Origin: Phoronis australis
Lineage: Eukaryota; Animalia; Phoronida
Length of the DNA stretch: 64,000 nt
NCBI GenBank assembly: GCA_002633005.1
Contig: NMRA01000024.1
Span: 999,248 to 1,063,247, forward strand
Reading direction: 5' to 3'
Under the pieces are notes generated by a model. It did not search any database, was not told where the DNA came from, and was given only the letters and a program-made list of their open reading frames with translations. Shown here piece after piece: positions 25,075 to 36,407 of the stretch (position 1 is its first letter; each line of letters begins with the position of its first letter). A program made the translations under genes and the position numbers.

Positions 25075-27843
25075 CAGTGGCGGATCTACGTTTTCAGTAA
25101 GGGGGGGTTTAGGATTCCCGCAAAGGTCGAATCCGAGGCGCCTGGCGCCGAGCGGGGAGGGGGGGGGGCGGAGTTCGGGAGGGGCCTACACCCCCTTCCC
25201 GTGTAAGACAACTTTTTTGTTTTTGTAGCCAAGTAGTGAAATTTCCATGCATCCTGGTACATTTCTGACACTTAACATGTCCCTGGAGTTTTTCTTAAGA
25301 TAATTAAAAACCCTTCTCGATTTCGTCACATGAACTTGGCTCATAAGTTTCGTGAAACCATATTTGTGCACATCTGGGTATGAGTCACACCACCAGCAAA
25401 AATTTGTGTTGGAACATCTGCTTACACACACTTTTTAACATACGAAAAGTCGTACACGAAAAAGTGTGGTGTGTATACAGGGGTTTAGACAACTACCAAA
25501 TATTCAAGAGCATAAGGAGCACCGACGGGGCGTAAAAACTTGAATATCAGATGATCGCAACAGCCTCAAGCTGTTTAAGAACGAAGACCTCTACTGTTAG
25601 TCCGGAAATAAACATGTGTTCTGTCTCGTTACGAGAAAAGCTGGCGAACGATGGTGCTCTCAGCTCATAGTCTATTATTAAAAGCGACAATAAACAATTA
25701 AGTATCACTTTATCAAGCTGAATCATGTTGACAACAATTGAAAAACGTCAAATGTATCAGAGAACAAATTATCTGAAAACAGTTTCACGAAACCAAAGCA
25801 CTACACCGTGGTGAAAACATATACAGGAGCAGTACGGTTCGCAGAGGGACCAGATGTACACTGAGAGTACACAAAAACTCTGGCCTGGTCCGTCACGAGA
25901 CCAAAAGTACAGCTGTGCTAATTATCCCTATAAAAGTAGTCGATCTGTCGCGGGACCAAACAGTACTGGCAGAGATTAAATAGATTTACAACAGTGAAGC
26001 ACACTTTGCCAAAAACATCACAAGACTAGTTCGCCGCGGGACCAGAAGTACACTGAAACTCTATATCTACACAAATCAAGCTGGCCTTGTCCGTCGCGAG
26101 ACCTAAAGCGTACTTAGCAAAAAACTTTGAATTGAAAACTTCTCTCTAGACTCCTTTTAATCCCCAGTGGTTGCTCATACGTGTAGTTTACTTATCTGGT
26201 GGTCAACTGCTGCGAGAGGTTGTCTAGGAAGGGTTTTTGTACCGTTCTGTAGTATTAACTGGAAGAAACAAGTATTGAGAACAGATTTAACTACGCACTA
26301 CGTGAAATAAGATTTTAGATATGAAGCAGATAGACTCAAGTGGAAATACAAACCAGAATCAGTTTCTGTGCGATCGTAGACCCTCTGCTGTACTGGGTAA
26401 ATTTGGCATGTCCAAAAATGATTTCTATTTCGTTTTCATTGTACACAAGCATAAAAAACCGACATTATTACAAACTGATTATAATTATAACTTATTACCT
26501 GGTTGTTTCTCCAGGAATGTTGGTCCTATCTTTCTGTTGTCTAGACTGCCGAGGAATCTGTACATCGGGTCCAATGGTTTGATTCTCTTGGAACCATTCC
26601 ACCCAGACATCTTCCACGTTTGTTCCCAACGCTTGCACTTCGTCAACTGCTGTGTCAATGAACTTGTACGCCTCCACAATGTCAGCATCTCGTTTCACAA
26701 CTCAGTTGGCCCTAAGCCCCCTGAGGTTACCAAGTCCATTCAAAAGTCTTGCAGCTTGCGCAACTAAATTTAATCCGTTCATCATGGACTACTTCAAACC
26801 TTGACGATGTGTCCCAGGACCCATTTACATCTCTTTCAATTTTCGAAATAAACGTCCCAATGTCTGAACGCTTGAAACCCGAAGTACTAACATCAAATAA
26901 ATGCCCATGGTCATGGGCGTTTCGTCGGGTAGGCCTTTCTGCGGAATTTCCTAGTATAGAAAACGGCAGTGGTGCTTATTGCAGGTAGAAAGACGGTAGG
27001 TGTTGAGGTCGGCACTAGGGCTCCTTAGGGGGCCCATTGATCATTGCACGAGTCTCTGAAGACTTTGTTGTGAAAACGCAGCCTCCCTGCAATTTTCTGG
27101 TACTGTACACTGTTCGCGAATGCGGTCATTTCGTCAATGTGAGTGCCCGCTTGGTCATTCCTTGTATAGACATAACTTGTTAGAGTGCATCTTCAAACAG
27201 ACTCGCGACCAGACCACGGCGCCTGCCACAAGCAATTCTTCGGAAAACGAGTTTTTTCAAAAGTATTACATGTACATGTACACTGTATGATATTGCGCAA
27301 GACAACTTTACTATACACCAGTCAAATTCGAGTTACAAACGTGTGGGGTGTAATAGGATGACACGGCATGACAGATGAGGTAAAAACGTTGCACATCAAT
27401 TCGCCTGAATATCAGAGTTGCAGCTCCACAGTATTTCCCCTAATCAAACCAAAACGTACCTTATACTAAAGAAGCTAGTTACCTAAAGAAATCAGCTACA
27501 GTGTATAGAGCTGCTCTTTCAGCGGTGGATCTATCCGTCTAAAAGGCTTGGCTACTTCAGAAATGTCGACGGAAGCGCGCGCACAATCTCCGGGCTCTTG
27601 CCGATGAGCCACGAAGACTCGAAACGCGTTGATTTTCATAACAGCAATTCACAATGCAAAAAATATATTTTCAGATTGAACCCCCCCCCCCTCATTTTTT
27701 CCAAGTTTGTTTACTTGGGGTTTACACACGTTGGCTGTGCCGTTTTTGTTTTGCTGGAGCCGTTTTTTTAATTTTTGAGTCCTCGCCCGAGGGGAGGTTT
27801 AAACCCCTGAACCCCCNNCCCCCCCCCCGTAGATCCGCCACTG
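25075..27843 (-). mobile_element. Decayed hAT DNA transposon, about 2.77 kb
   Basis: Perfect 16-bp TIRs cagtggcggatctacg (25075-25090) and cgtagatccgccactg (27828-27843). Flanks gaccata and gacata resemble an eroded TSD. Contains transposase remnants. Confidence 0.7.
26495..26870 (-). pseudogene. hAT transposase fragment (THAP12/P52rIPK-like group), internally deleted
   Basis: Minus-strand peptides ...GSWDTSS..., AQAARLLNGL...LRGL..KRDADIVEAYKFIDTAVDEVQALGTNVEDVWVEWF...IPRQSRQQKDRTNIP. These match the LQ....DI..A and PR...RQ..R.N.P pattern of this family. Stops and frameshifts are present. Confidence 0.75.
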
Positions 27844-28821
27844 GACATAGATCCCGCGCTCGTGGGAACAGCTTCATTTTCTTGATGAGATGTCTGCAGG
27901 TGCCTCACAAAACTGACTGGCGCACAAATCAAAAAGTTCATTTTTGGCGCGACTCAGTGTCGGACTAGATTTCTATATCAAACGAACTAAAGTTATTTTC
28001 TGCGCATTATTGACGAGAAGATAAATTTTATGAGAACACAGCGCGCGGAAATCGACTGGAACCTCAGTCACTGCCCATGATTTTAGTGACTTTCTGGCAG
28101 CCAATAGCGAAAATCGGAGATTTTATGATAAAATTATATAATACAATCAAAAACACAATCAGGATTTTGTTGTTTTAATAGTTCTGGTCAAAACCTATAA
28201 ACTTTCAGGAAGTCTTATCCCATTCAGTAGTAAAACACAAAATACCTTTTGGTAGTAAAATCGATACGTCCCTTTAAACCGAATTTCCTCCCTATTCAGT
28301 TTCAGCCACTGTTTTATCGGAACTGGAAGGTGGGTATCAGATGGGTAGGAAAATCATTTTTGTGAGACACCATTGTTTGATTTGAAGTAACCTTCAGGGA
28401 ATATGCGTCTTGAACAACTGAGCCTCGGCGGCCGCCAGAGACTGATTGACGACCATCGGATATCAAAGTAGATATCTTTTTGATTATAAATGGCTCTGTT
28501 TCGCGATGATAAACAAACGAACATCCCTTTGATGTTGTCCTATATACTGTCACAAAATCATTATTATAATATTCCTTTTCGTGATATAGGCTAGTTCTAG
28601 AACAACAAGTTTTCAATCAGCGCATCATTGTCGTCATGCGTGAAATGTTTGAGACTTAATTGCCCCGCGACCATTAATTGACAGATTTTTCCTTTCAAGT
28701 AGTAAAAGCCGCGGACGACGCCAGGAGGAACGAGTTTGTGATCTGTTTTTAAATCAAAATGCTCCTTTTTTCATGCGTCGTCAGCTCGCTAAATGTCGCG
28801 AGTGTAAAATGTCATTGAGAT

Positions 28822-29045
28822 TGGGACGCGGTTGCTCAGTCCGCTACCCGGGTGCCAAACAGTGCATAGTCTAAGCAGTGCAGTGCTACAAAAGAGACCC
28901 CTGGTGTGAACTGCTAAGGTCAAACTAGGTTACGCTCATTGTATTGCGGCTGGGCTACAACAGATCCTGTTGTTTTGTTTATAGGTGTGCGACATGAGGC
29001 ATGAGCGGCCCTTGATCACTTAGGCGGCTTGACGTTTAGCTCTCG
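28822..29045 (+). mobile_element. Possible degenerate tRNA-derived SINE
   Basis: gggacgcggttgctcagtcc resembles a tRNA 5' end with A-box. No clear B-box. Confidence 0.2.
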
Positions 29046-30502
29046 TGCAAAGCTGTCTATACTAAATATTGACAATAATCTTCATACAGCTAGCTGACTG
29101 GCTACTCTATGTTAGGTAGGCCAAATCTGGTAATCACCTCATCACCAACTTGACCGTGACTAAGCTAAGCTACTGAGTAGCCTATGTGGAGTGGATACGT
29201 AGATAGTGACCACTGTCTCTTATGTTCGATGTGTAGCCTCAGGCTAGACAGTGACCATATCTTTTGTTGAACTACTCTCAACTATAGTCTGTAGTTCAAC
29301 TAGCGACGTGGTCACTGTCTGGCTTCAGGTATGCTGTTATAACTCCGGGCAATTATGCTGCTCCTCAGGACCTCAGTCACTCAGAGAAGTAGTTGATCCC
29401 GGCCTTTTCGGCAGTAGTAAGATACTGTTGGGCATGTGGTCTTTGATTTAGAGAACCTGTTTCATACACAGATAACAGGTCGTTATCTGGTTATTCAGTG
29501 ATAGACAGTGACAGTTTCTTGCTGGCCTGCTAGAGATGGTGAGTGCCTGGTTCTCTAATTCAAGGACCACTATATCCGACCAGTTACCCATTTTCTTGAT
29601 CCTTAGTTGATGTTGGTCACTGTCTAGATTCTTATATGACTTGCTAACACCATAATCCTAATGTGTACAAAGCTGTATACAGCTAGCTAGCTGGCTTAAT
29701 TTGTGTGAGTGTGGAATCGCTTGTTCAAGTTGAAGATGTCTGATGAAAAGAGACTTGCTGTTTGCTTAGGAATTTCGACTATCACCACTATAAAGTTGAT
29801 CTCAACTTGTTTGGCGTTACTGATATGGGAAGTGATTCCTGAGGTTGCCAAGAACTGACAAGTATTTAATATTCTGACATCATGCTTAGCACATAAATTG
29901 GAACAGTAACACTCGACTTCGCGACTAACCACTGTTGACATCTCAGAATCAATAGCAGCGGAGTTAACTGAATGGAAAAGGGCCTTTTGAACGGTGGCCT
30001 GCTGGTCCTGATGTTTGAAAAAAGATCACTTGAATGCTTACGGTGATATAGGACCTTATCCACAAGCCTGAACATTTAGCCAAATACAAATCTGAGGCCT
30101 GTAGAATTTGATTTTCGACTTTATACTAGATCTGGGTTCTGAGGCTGGGTGTACAATGAACCATGGATAATAAGCTGTGACCCTAAAAATTACCAGTAGT
30201 GGTAGCTGAACGGGACATTATAGGTGCAGCAGAATATAGGTCCGTCTTGCCAGTTCCTCATCACAACGAAAGAGCAACACTGCAGTGTATTGTTCACTTA
30301 TTTATAAAGCACACCGCAATATGGCCGACAAGTTAAATTCCATATTGCTAAATTTGTCTTCAAAAATAAAGGTAAAGAAATTACAAGCATGATTTGCACT
30401 GAAAAAAAGCCATAAAACAAAAATTTGCTAAAAGTTTCCACCATGCGTAGCAAATTATTTGGTCTGTGCAAAGTAGGTGATGGAGAATTGACTTATCGCA
30501 AG

Positions 30503-30628
30503 CTCCGCCCCCTTGCATAATGTCAACAAACAGACAGTAAGTTTTACTCAGCAACATGTTGTTTGTTGGGTCAAATGGCGGATTGGAAACGAAGGTGTGT
30601 CAAGAATTCTGCGTTTTGATCGGTCAGT
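30503..30628 (+). promoter_or_regulatory. PPM1K promoter and non-coding first exon
   Basis: GC box ctccgccccc at 30503-30512; YY1-type aaatggcgg at 30573-30581; candidate donor G|GTCAGT at 30623. Coding exon 1 begins at an acceptor, so an upstream exon must exist. Confidence 0.5.
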
Positions 30629-31039
30629 TAAGGCGTCACTCAAAGGTCTAGCGATAGGTCAATTACTGTGTGTTGTGATGAACTTGACTTTAGTTTCAGT
30701 AGTACAGTAAATTTCTGCAATTTAGAACACACTAGGATGGAATATTGAAAAATCATAATATCAAAATTTTCAACATAAGTATGTTCATAGGAAGAAAACT
30801 TTACTTTATTGTTTGAATAGTTTTATTGTAGAGTTACCTGCCATCAACAAAGACAAAATGAAATTTGGAAAAACAAGACTTAAGTGCTTATTTTGGTGTA
30901 TATTTGTCGAATTTGAGGAAACTTTTAATGTAGTACTGCTTTTGTAGAGTTGCACGATGTGATTTGTTAAAATCTCTCTGAAATGAGGACGTTGGGTTCT
31001 TGTCCTGAAACTGATGAGAAATATTAATTGTCTCTACAG

Positions 31040-31538
31040 ATGTGCTTCACCATGAGGGTTTGTCTATCTCTAAAGAACATCAATCTTCAGCCAGTGCGGC
31101 GCCTGTTCACAACTTCCTGTGTAGAGAGAGCGAGTCTCAACGACCCAGAAAACAAAGGAGCAGACCAGACAGGCGTCAACTTTGAAAACCAACTCGGGGA
31201 CTGGAATAATCGCCTTTATTTACCCATTGATGAGCTGTCCAGTGAGAAACATGGTAAACCAATTCCGAAAATTTCGCTGGACCACGTAGGTGTCGCCAGC
31301 GTGCTTGGTCGTCGGAAGGTCAACGAGGACAGATACCTGATAAAGGAGATACGCGGCGACTTGTTGTATTTTGGTGTCTTTGATGGTCACGGTGGTAGCC
31401 AGGCTGTGGAATACTCCGTGAAGAATCACTTGGAGATTGTGAAAGACTTGCTTAAGACTGAAACAAACCTAGAAATCGTCATGAAGAAGTCATTCCTCAC
31501 GCTTAATGAGGAGTTCTGTCGTAGACATAGTCACACAG
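31040..31538 (+). CDS. PPM1K: Mitochondrial protein phosphatase 1K (PP2Cm), coding exon 1
   Basis: ctacag acceptor immediately followed by ATG; basic transit-peptide-like N-terminus; HGKPIPKISL, GRRKVNEDR and YFGVFDGHGG motifs; G|GTATCT donor. Confidence 0.93.
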
Positions 31539-31669
31539 GTATCTTAAGCCAGTGCCTATGTATACCAAGGGTGTATTACTGTAGTCTTTTCATCAACTTT
31601 CTAACCTCTGAATTTGCTTTGCGAATGGAGAGTTCTCATTCGAAATGCTTATTTGGAATCATTTGAACC

Positions 31670-31819
31670 CTGGACTGGGTTGCATAAAATTTCAAAATTA
31701 TCTGCTGGATAAGTTTGATTGTTGCATGACGTCAGGTGCATTGTTCAACAATAGCAACGTGACGCGTAATTACACGTCATTGTTGCTATACGGCTTATGA
31801 CTTATGCAACTGGGCCCTG
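31670..31819. mobile_element. Small Harbinger-type MITE in PPM1K coding intron 1
   Basis: ctgggttgcataa ... ttatgcaactgggccctg inverted termini. Confidence 0.45.
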
Positions 31820-32382
31820 TTCTGCAGTGAGAAGATGTTAAATAGTCATTCAAAAATCGATTCCAATACTCAGAATGCTGATTTCTTCGTACAGAAAATA
31901 CTTGATGTATTGTGGTTCGGAAAGCTATGTGGTACCGTACCTGTGTGTACACCAATTATCTACTTTACGTATTTGTCATATAATACTAGTAACACAGTTG
32001 GTGGTGATCACTAATATTACAGTTAGGCCAAAAACACATTACTCATTTCTTTTTTCTGGTGAGTGGTGGTTAAAATTGATGCAATGTTTTTTTTAGTTGT
32101 TTATTTTTTCAAAAACCAAATTTCACCTGATATTGAGCTTCAGTGGTGGGATAATGCTTTTTTCTTTTTTAGAAAACAAGTTGTTGCTTCCTCTAAGCAA
32201 TAGCAAACTGACTATAAATTGTTACTAATTTGAGCGAGAAACATGCGGAGATCACTTCCTATAACTGTAATCTCAATCAAAAACTGGTTCTTCAGATAGA
32301 AGCCGTGTTTATAGTGACTCGATTGGACCACTTGTCGAAATGTTGTTCATTATGCGCACTGATGATAAATGTATATTTTCAG

Positions 32383-32693
32383 AGGATGATCGTAATGTGG
32401 GATCCACAGCCACAGTGGCGCTGCTGCATGACGGCATTCAGCTAGTGTTAGGTCACGTTGGCGATAGTCCCGCCATCTTGTGTCGAACAGGAAAGGCGAT
32501 GCGACTCTGTCATGATCATCATCCTGAGGTTCCCAAGGAGAAGGCGAGGATCAAATTATTTGGTGGCCAAATCGCCACCAACAGTCTTGGCACAGCCTTA
32601 GTGAATGGACGCTTAGCTATGACTCGTAGTATAGGTGACCTTGACTTGAAGTCTTACGGTGTTACCGCTGAACCAGATGTATCCTCTGTTGGG
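32383..32693 (+). CDS. PPM1K: PPM1K coding exon 2
   Basis: ttttcag acceptor; [46 protein letters not shown] and GVTAEP motifs; GGG|GTAAGG donor. Confidence 0.95.
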
Positions 32694-33753
32694 GTAAGGA
32701 TGACTTGTCAATGAAACGCATCTGGAAAAATGATGGTAATATCCTAATTAAATGACACGCGTAACCATTCATTCAGAAGATTAGATTATATATTTTCTCA
32801 TCAAGGCATCACTGTTCTCTTTTCATGGACTGTTATGTGTGAAAAAGTTCTAAGGGTATGTAGCAGTTTGCAGGTGCTTGCGTATTGTGTTCTGTGGTGG
32901 ACATTTCATGAGCAAGATTTGTAAATCTACCAGTGTCCTTGACAGCTCAATTTTGAGGCCAAGTGTCAGCTACATTTCCTGCTAAAAATATTTATAAATT
33001 TACATTGCAATTCACCTCACGAGGGCTTAAATTTCCTCTGATGATTAAAAAACTACCCTAGAAGTTAGAATCACTGATACAAAATCTTAGTTCTGTCTAC
33101 GTGAAGAATTAGGAAATTAGCAACGAGGGGTGGCGACCGGGAATGAATGGTGACTGGGGGTAGGGGTAATTCTACCCTTAACCAAGAAATTCGGCTCCCC
33201 TCTATGTTGGTAAAGGCACCTTTCCCTTCTCATGAGCGAGGACTCTGTTTACAGTTCCATAGAGCTAAAGCTGCTATGGTTCCAACCACATTGCAGTTCT
33301 TTACCGCAACCAAATAAACTGCTCATAAAGTAAGTGTATCATTTGTTTTTCGCTCCTAATTTCTAAGAAATTGAGAAAATGCGAATATTTGATACATGAA
33401 TGAGTTCTGTAGGAAATTCCTGAGAATATGTCGCAGGGATTTGTGTCCTACGGTGAGAAGACATGGTTTTAAGAAAAAGTATTAGTCACAAAACAAAAGT
33501 CACAAAATTGATGGTTTAAGTAGTGATTCAGTGTTCCAGAAAGATATTGTTTGTTTTGAATGTTAAAATTACGTCCTAAAATAGAAAATCACAAAACTGA
33601 AGTCTCGCAAACTTCACTCGTAGTTTGTTTTACTATGATAAAAATTGATTTCTTCCGTTAGAATGTATTCTCTCACTGTTAGACAAAAATTCTTAAGGTG
33701 TACCATATTCAAAATTGTTAATAATTTCCTACTGAATACATATTTATACTTAA

Positions 33754-34791
33754 AGGCGAAGGCAACCTTTTTCCATGTCATTTTGAGCTAAAATAAGGTT
33801 GGTTGGTTATCCTAGACATATTTTCCACTTAATTACAGCTTTTCGTAATTTTATGAATTACTCGTCCGCTACTCCGGAAGTGACGTTTTAGGAGGCAAGC
33901 ATTTCGCGCCATTTTCTTTTCATATAGTCTGACTGTGAGAGCTGCCGAGTCAGTCATTGTTCTACCTCGGTTGTGTTAAGTTCCGTCGTCATTTGCTTTC
34001 ATTTACTAGTCAGTCAACATGCCACACTGTTGCTGCGTACCAGGATGTACTAATTATCGGCTCACGCGCTTTGGGAGTACCTTTGCATCGCTTTCCGATG
34101 GATGACACACTTCGCCGTACTTGGCTCGTTCGTGTGAAGAACGCAGCGTTACCCGTCCACGCAACGTACAAAGCAGTGGAGAATTACCGTGTGTGTGGCA
34201 AGCACTTTCTGCCGTCCGATTACGAAAGGGATTTGTACGCTGAACTGATGAAGGTCTCTGCGAAACAACGTCTGAAGAAGGATGCCATTCCGTCTGTGTT
34301 GATTCCCCGCAGTGCCCCGTCGCCACCCCCGAGAAGTGCGTTTTTGAAGCGANNNNNNNNNNNNNNNNNNNNNNNNNNNNNNNNNNNNNNNNNNNNNNNN
34401 NNNNNNNNNNNNNNNNNNNNNNNNNNNNNNNNNNNNNNNNNNNNNNNNNNNNNNNNNNNNNNNNNNNNNNNNNNNNNNNNNNNNNNNNNNNNNNNNNNNN
34501 NNNNNNNNNCTACTAACCTATCTTGCCGCAGAATACTCGCCGATGGAAAGTGGTGGCGACAATTGTTGAAAAACAGCACAAAACAAAAGTAGAATAGAAC
34601 AGATTCGCACGGTAAAGTCAACGCAAAACCAAGTGGCGGGAAACGCTTGCCTCCTAAAACGTCACTCCCGGACTAGCGGACGAGTAATTTATAAAATTAC
34701 GAAAAGCTGTAATTAAGTGGAAAATATGTCTAGGATAACAGACCAACCTTATTTTAGCTCAAAGTGACATGGAAAAAGGTTGCCTTCGCCT
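33754..34791 (+). mobile_element. Kolobok-type DNA transposon with TIRs of about 160 bp and TTAA target duplication, spanning an assembly gap
   Basis: TTAA at 33750-33753 and 34792-34795. Termini AGGCGAAGGC...GCCTTCGCCT. TIRs differ at about 9 positions. THAP ORF inside. N-run at 34353-34509. Confidence 0.85.
34019..34352 (+). pseudogene. THAP zinc-finger N-terminus of the transposase (frameshifted, truncated by the gap)
   Basis: ATG 34019 gives MPHCCCVPGCTN. The next frame gives LHRFP...RRTWL...RVCGKHF...RLKKDAIPSV, the C2CH THAP signature with AVP-like box. Confidence 0.85.
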
Positions 34792-34922
34792 TTAATATCC
34801 ATGCTCTTTATTTCTTGGAAATCACGAGCAAAAAACGGACAGCACAGTTACTTTGTTGAGTATTTTTTGTATGTTTGATGGAATATTTTACACAGTTGAT
34901 TTTCAACATTTTATTATTCCAG

Positions 34923-35192
34923 GTAAAACACCATAAAGATTCCTTTGTCATATTGCTGACTGATGGCGTAAATTTTGTCATGTCTGATCAGGAGATCGTG
35001 GACACAGTGGGCTGTTGTAGGGACCCTCATGAGGCAGCCAGTTTCATAACCGACCAGGCTCTGCACTTTGGCTCTGACGACAACAGCACTGCCATAGTTA
35101 TACCGTTTGGTGCTTGGGGAAAATATGCCATGAAAAGCTCAATACTCTCCAGCTTTGGAAGGAATTTATCAAGATGGATGTATCACCACTGA
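34923..35192 (+). CDS. PPM1K: PPM1K terminal coding exon 3
   Basis: ttccag acceptor; DSFVILLTDGVNF, DP.EAA..ITDQAL.FGSDDNSTAIVIPFGAWGKY; TGA at 35190-35192. Spliced CDS 1080 nt = 359 aa + stop. Confidence 0.95.
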   Translation, partial: VKHHKDSFVILLTDGVNFVMSDQEIVDTVGCCRDPHEAASFITDQALHFGSDDNSTAIVIPFGAWGKYAMKSSILSSFGRNLSRWMYHH

Positions 35193-36407
35193 AGATTGTT
35201 TTCAAAGGAAACATCCTCTTTCATATTTGATGCTGTCCAAGTTTCAATCCATTTCTGATTTGGGGATGCATCTTATGTGTACAGTGAGTTGAATTGAAGG
35301 ATTCACTGTTCTTGGACTTATGTAGTGATTGTTTCTAATCCCTCTTTCTTCAGGCAATTTTGATTCTAATTTTAAAGTTGCTGAATCTCTGTTTTTTGTC
35401 ATTTTGAATCATTTGGAATTGAAACTAGACGAGATTTTTTGGACTATCATTTTAAAACTTTTTCATTTAACTCATCAATTTTTGAAAGACAAAATAAACT
35501 TACAAAAATAGGCGGTGTTATGAGAATGGCTTTTCTGGGAACACGGATAAAAATTTCTGCGATTCTCGTGAGAGAATGCAAGCTACTCGGCTTTTTGGAT
35601 TTTTTGTACTGTGATCAAAGATCAGGATTCTATTTGATGTATCACAAACCAAAATTGGTTTAAATTTGAATACTAACCATCTCATTCACTTAAGCTCGAG
35701 TCCAGCAACTTACGAAGACAAGTTTGTTGTGTTGAACTTCTGCTACTTCTTTTGTCAGCCACAAAATTGGTTTGTATCACGAAAACTTGTGCAGAGTGTA
35801 TTTGAGGTAAATGTGTATTCTTGGCACTTTTTCAACTTGTAGACGATGCTATTTAGTGGTGTACTGCCACATACCCAGTCAGCTGGCCTATTACCTCGAG
35901 TTTGGATGTACAAAGTAGTTTCTTGTTGTCTGGGTATGTGTTACGGTAATATAAAAGAAAATACACATGATCAGTAAAACAACTTATGCTATGTTTCTCA
36001 ACCATCGAGGCTGTCTCGTCCCTGTCGTTCAGGTAGGTGAATGAGAAGTGGTTCCAAGATTGCAAATTTCAGTTCTGTTGGTTCGGCGGCTACGAGATGT
36101 GTAATAGTCGAGTTAGTGGAGAGATCCTTTAGTCTTTCGTTGGAAGCTGTGTATGTAATGATGTCACCGTGGTTCTCCTTTGTAATGTTTAGCTTCGCCA
36201 TTGTCTATATGCTTCCAATAATGTCTTGGTATGTGTTATCTCAACCGATGTTCCGAGCGTTGTCTGAGGTGTGAACGGTTGTGTGCCCTTCTTGCATGGT
36301 GAGCAGACGTGAACTGATTTCTCTGAACACCCTCGCCGACCAACTAGAACTCTCCGATCACACACAACACTGCTCCCTAGGGGGAATACCTTACATACCT
36401 AACAGTA

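Noticed and set aside
25836-26113. CRISPR array
   Set aside because: Eukaryotic context, degenerate repeats, irregular spacers and no cas genes.
26321-26988. Plus-strand ORFs of 148, 80 and 79 aa
   Set aside because: Antisense shadows of the hAT transposase remnant.
29696-30075. Minus-strand ORFs as a divergent protein-coding gene
   Set aside because: Short overlapping frames with no recognisable motif or consistent exon chain.
30978-31017. Hammerhead-like ctgaaatga-ggac...gtcc-t-gaaac
   Set aside because: The core has extra bases relative to CUGANGA/GAAA and there is no stem III or NUH site.
34220-34621. Minus-strand 133-aa ORF and the C-terminal part of the 211-aa ORF
   Set aside because: Open only because they run through the N gap.
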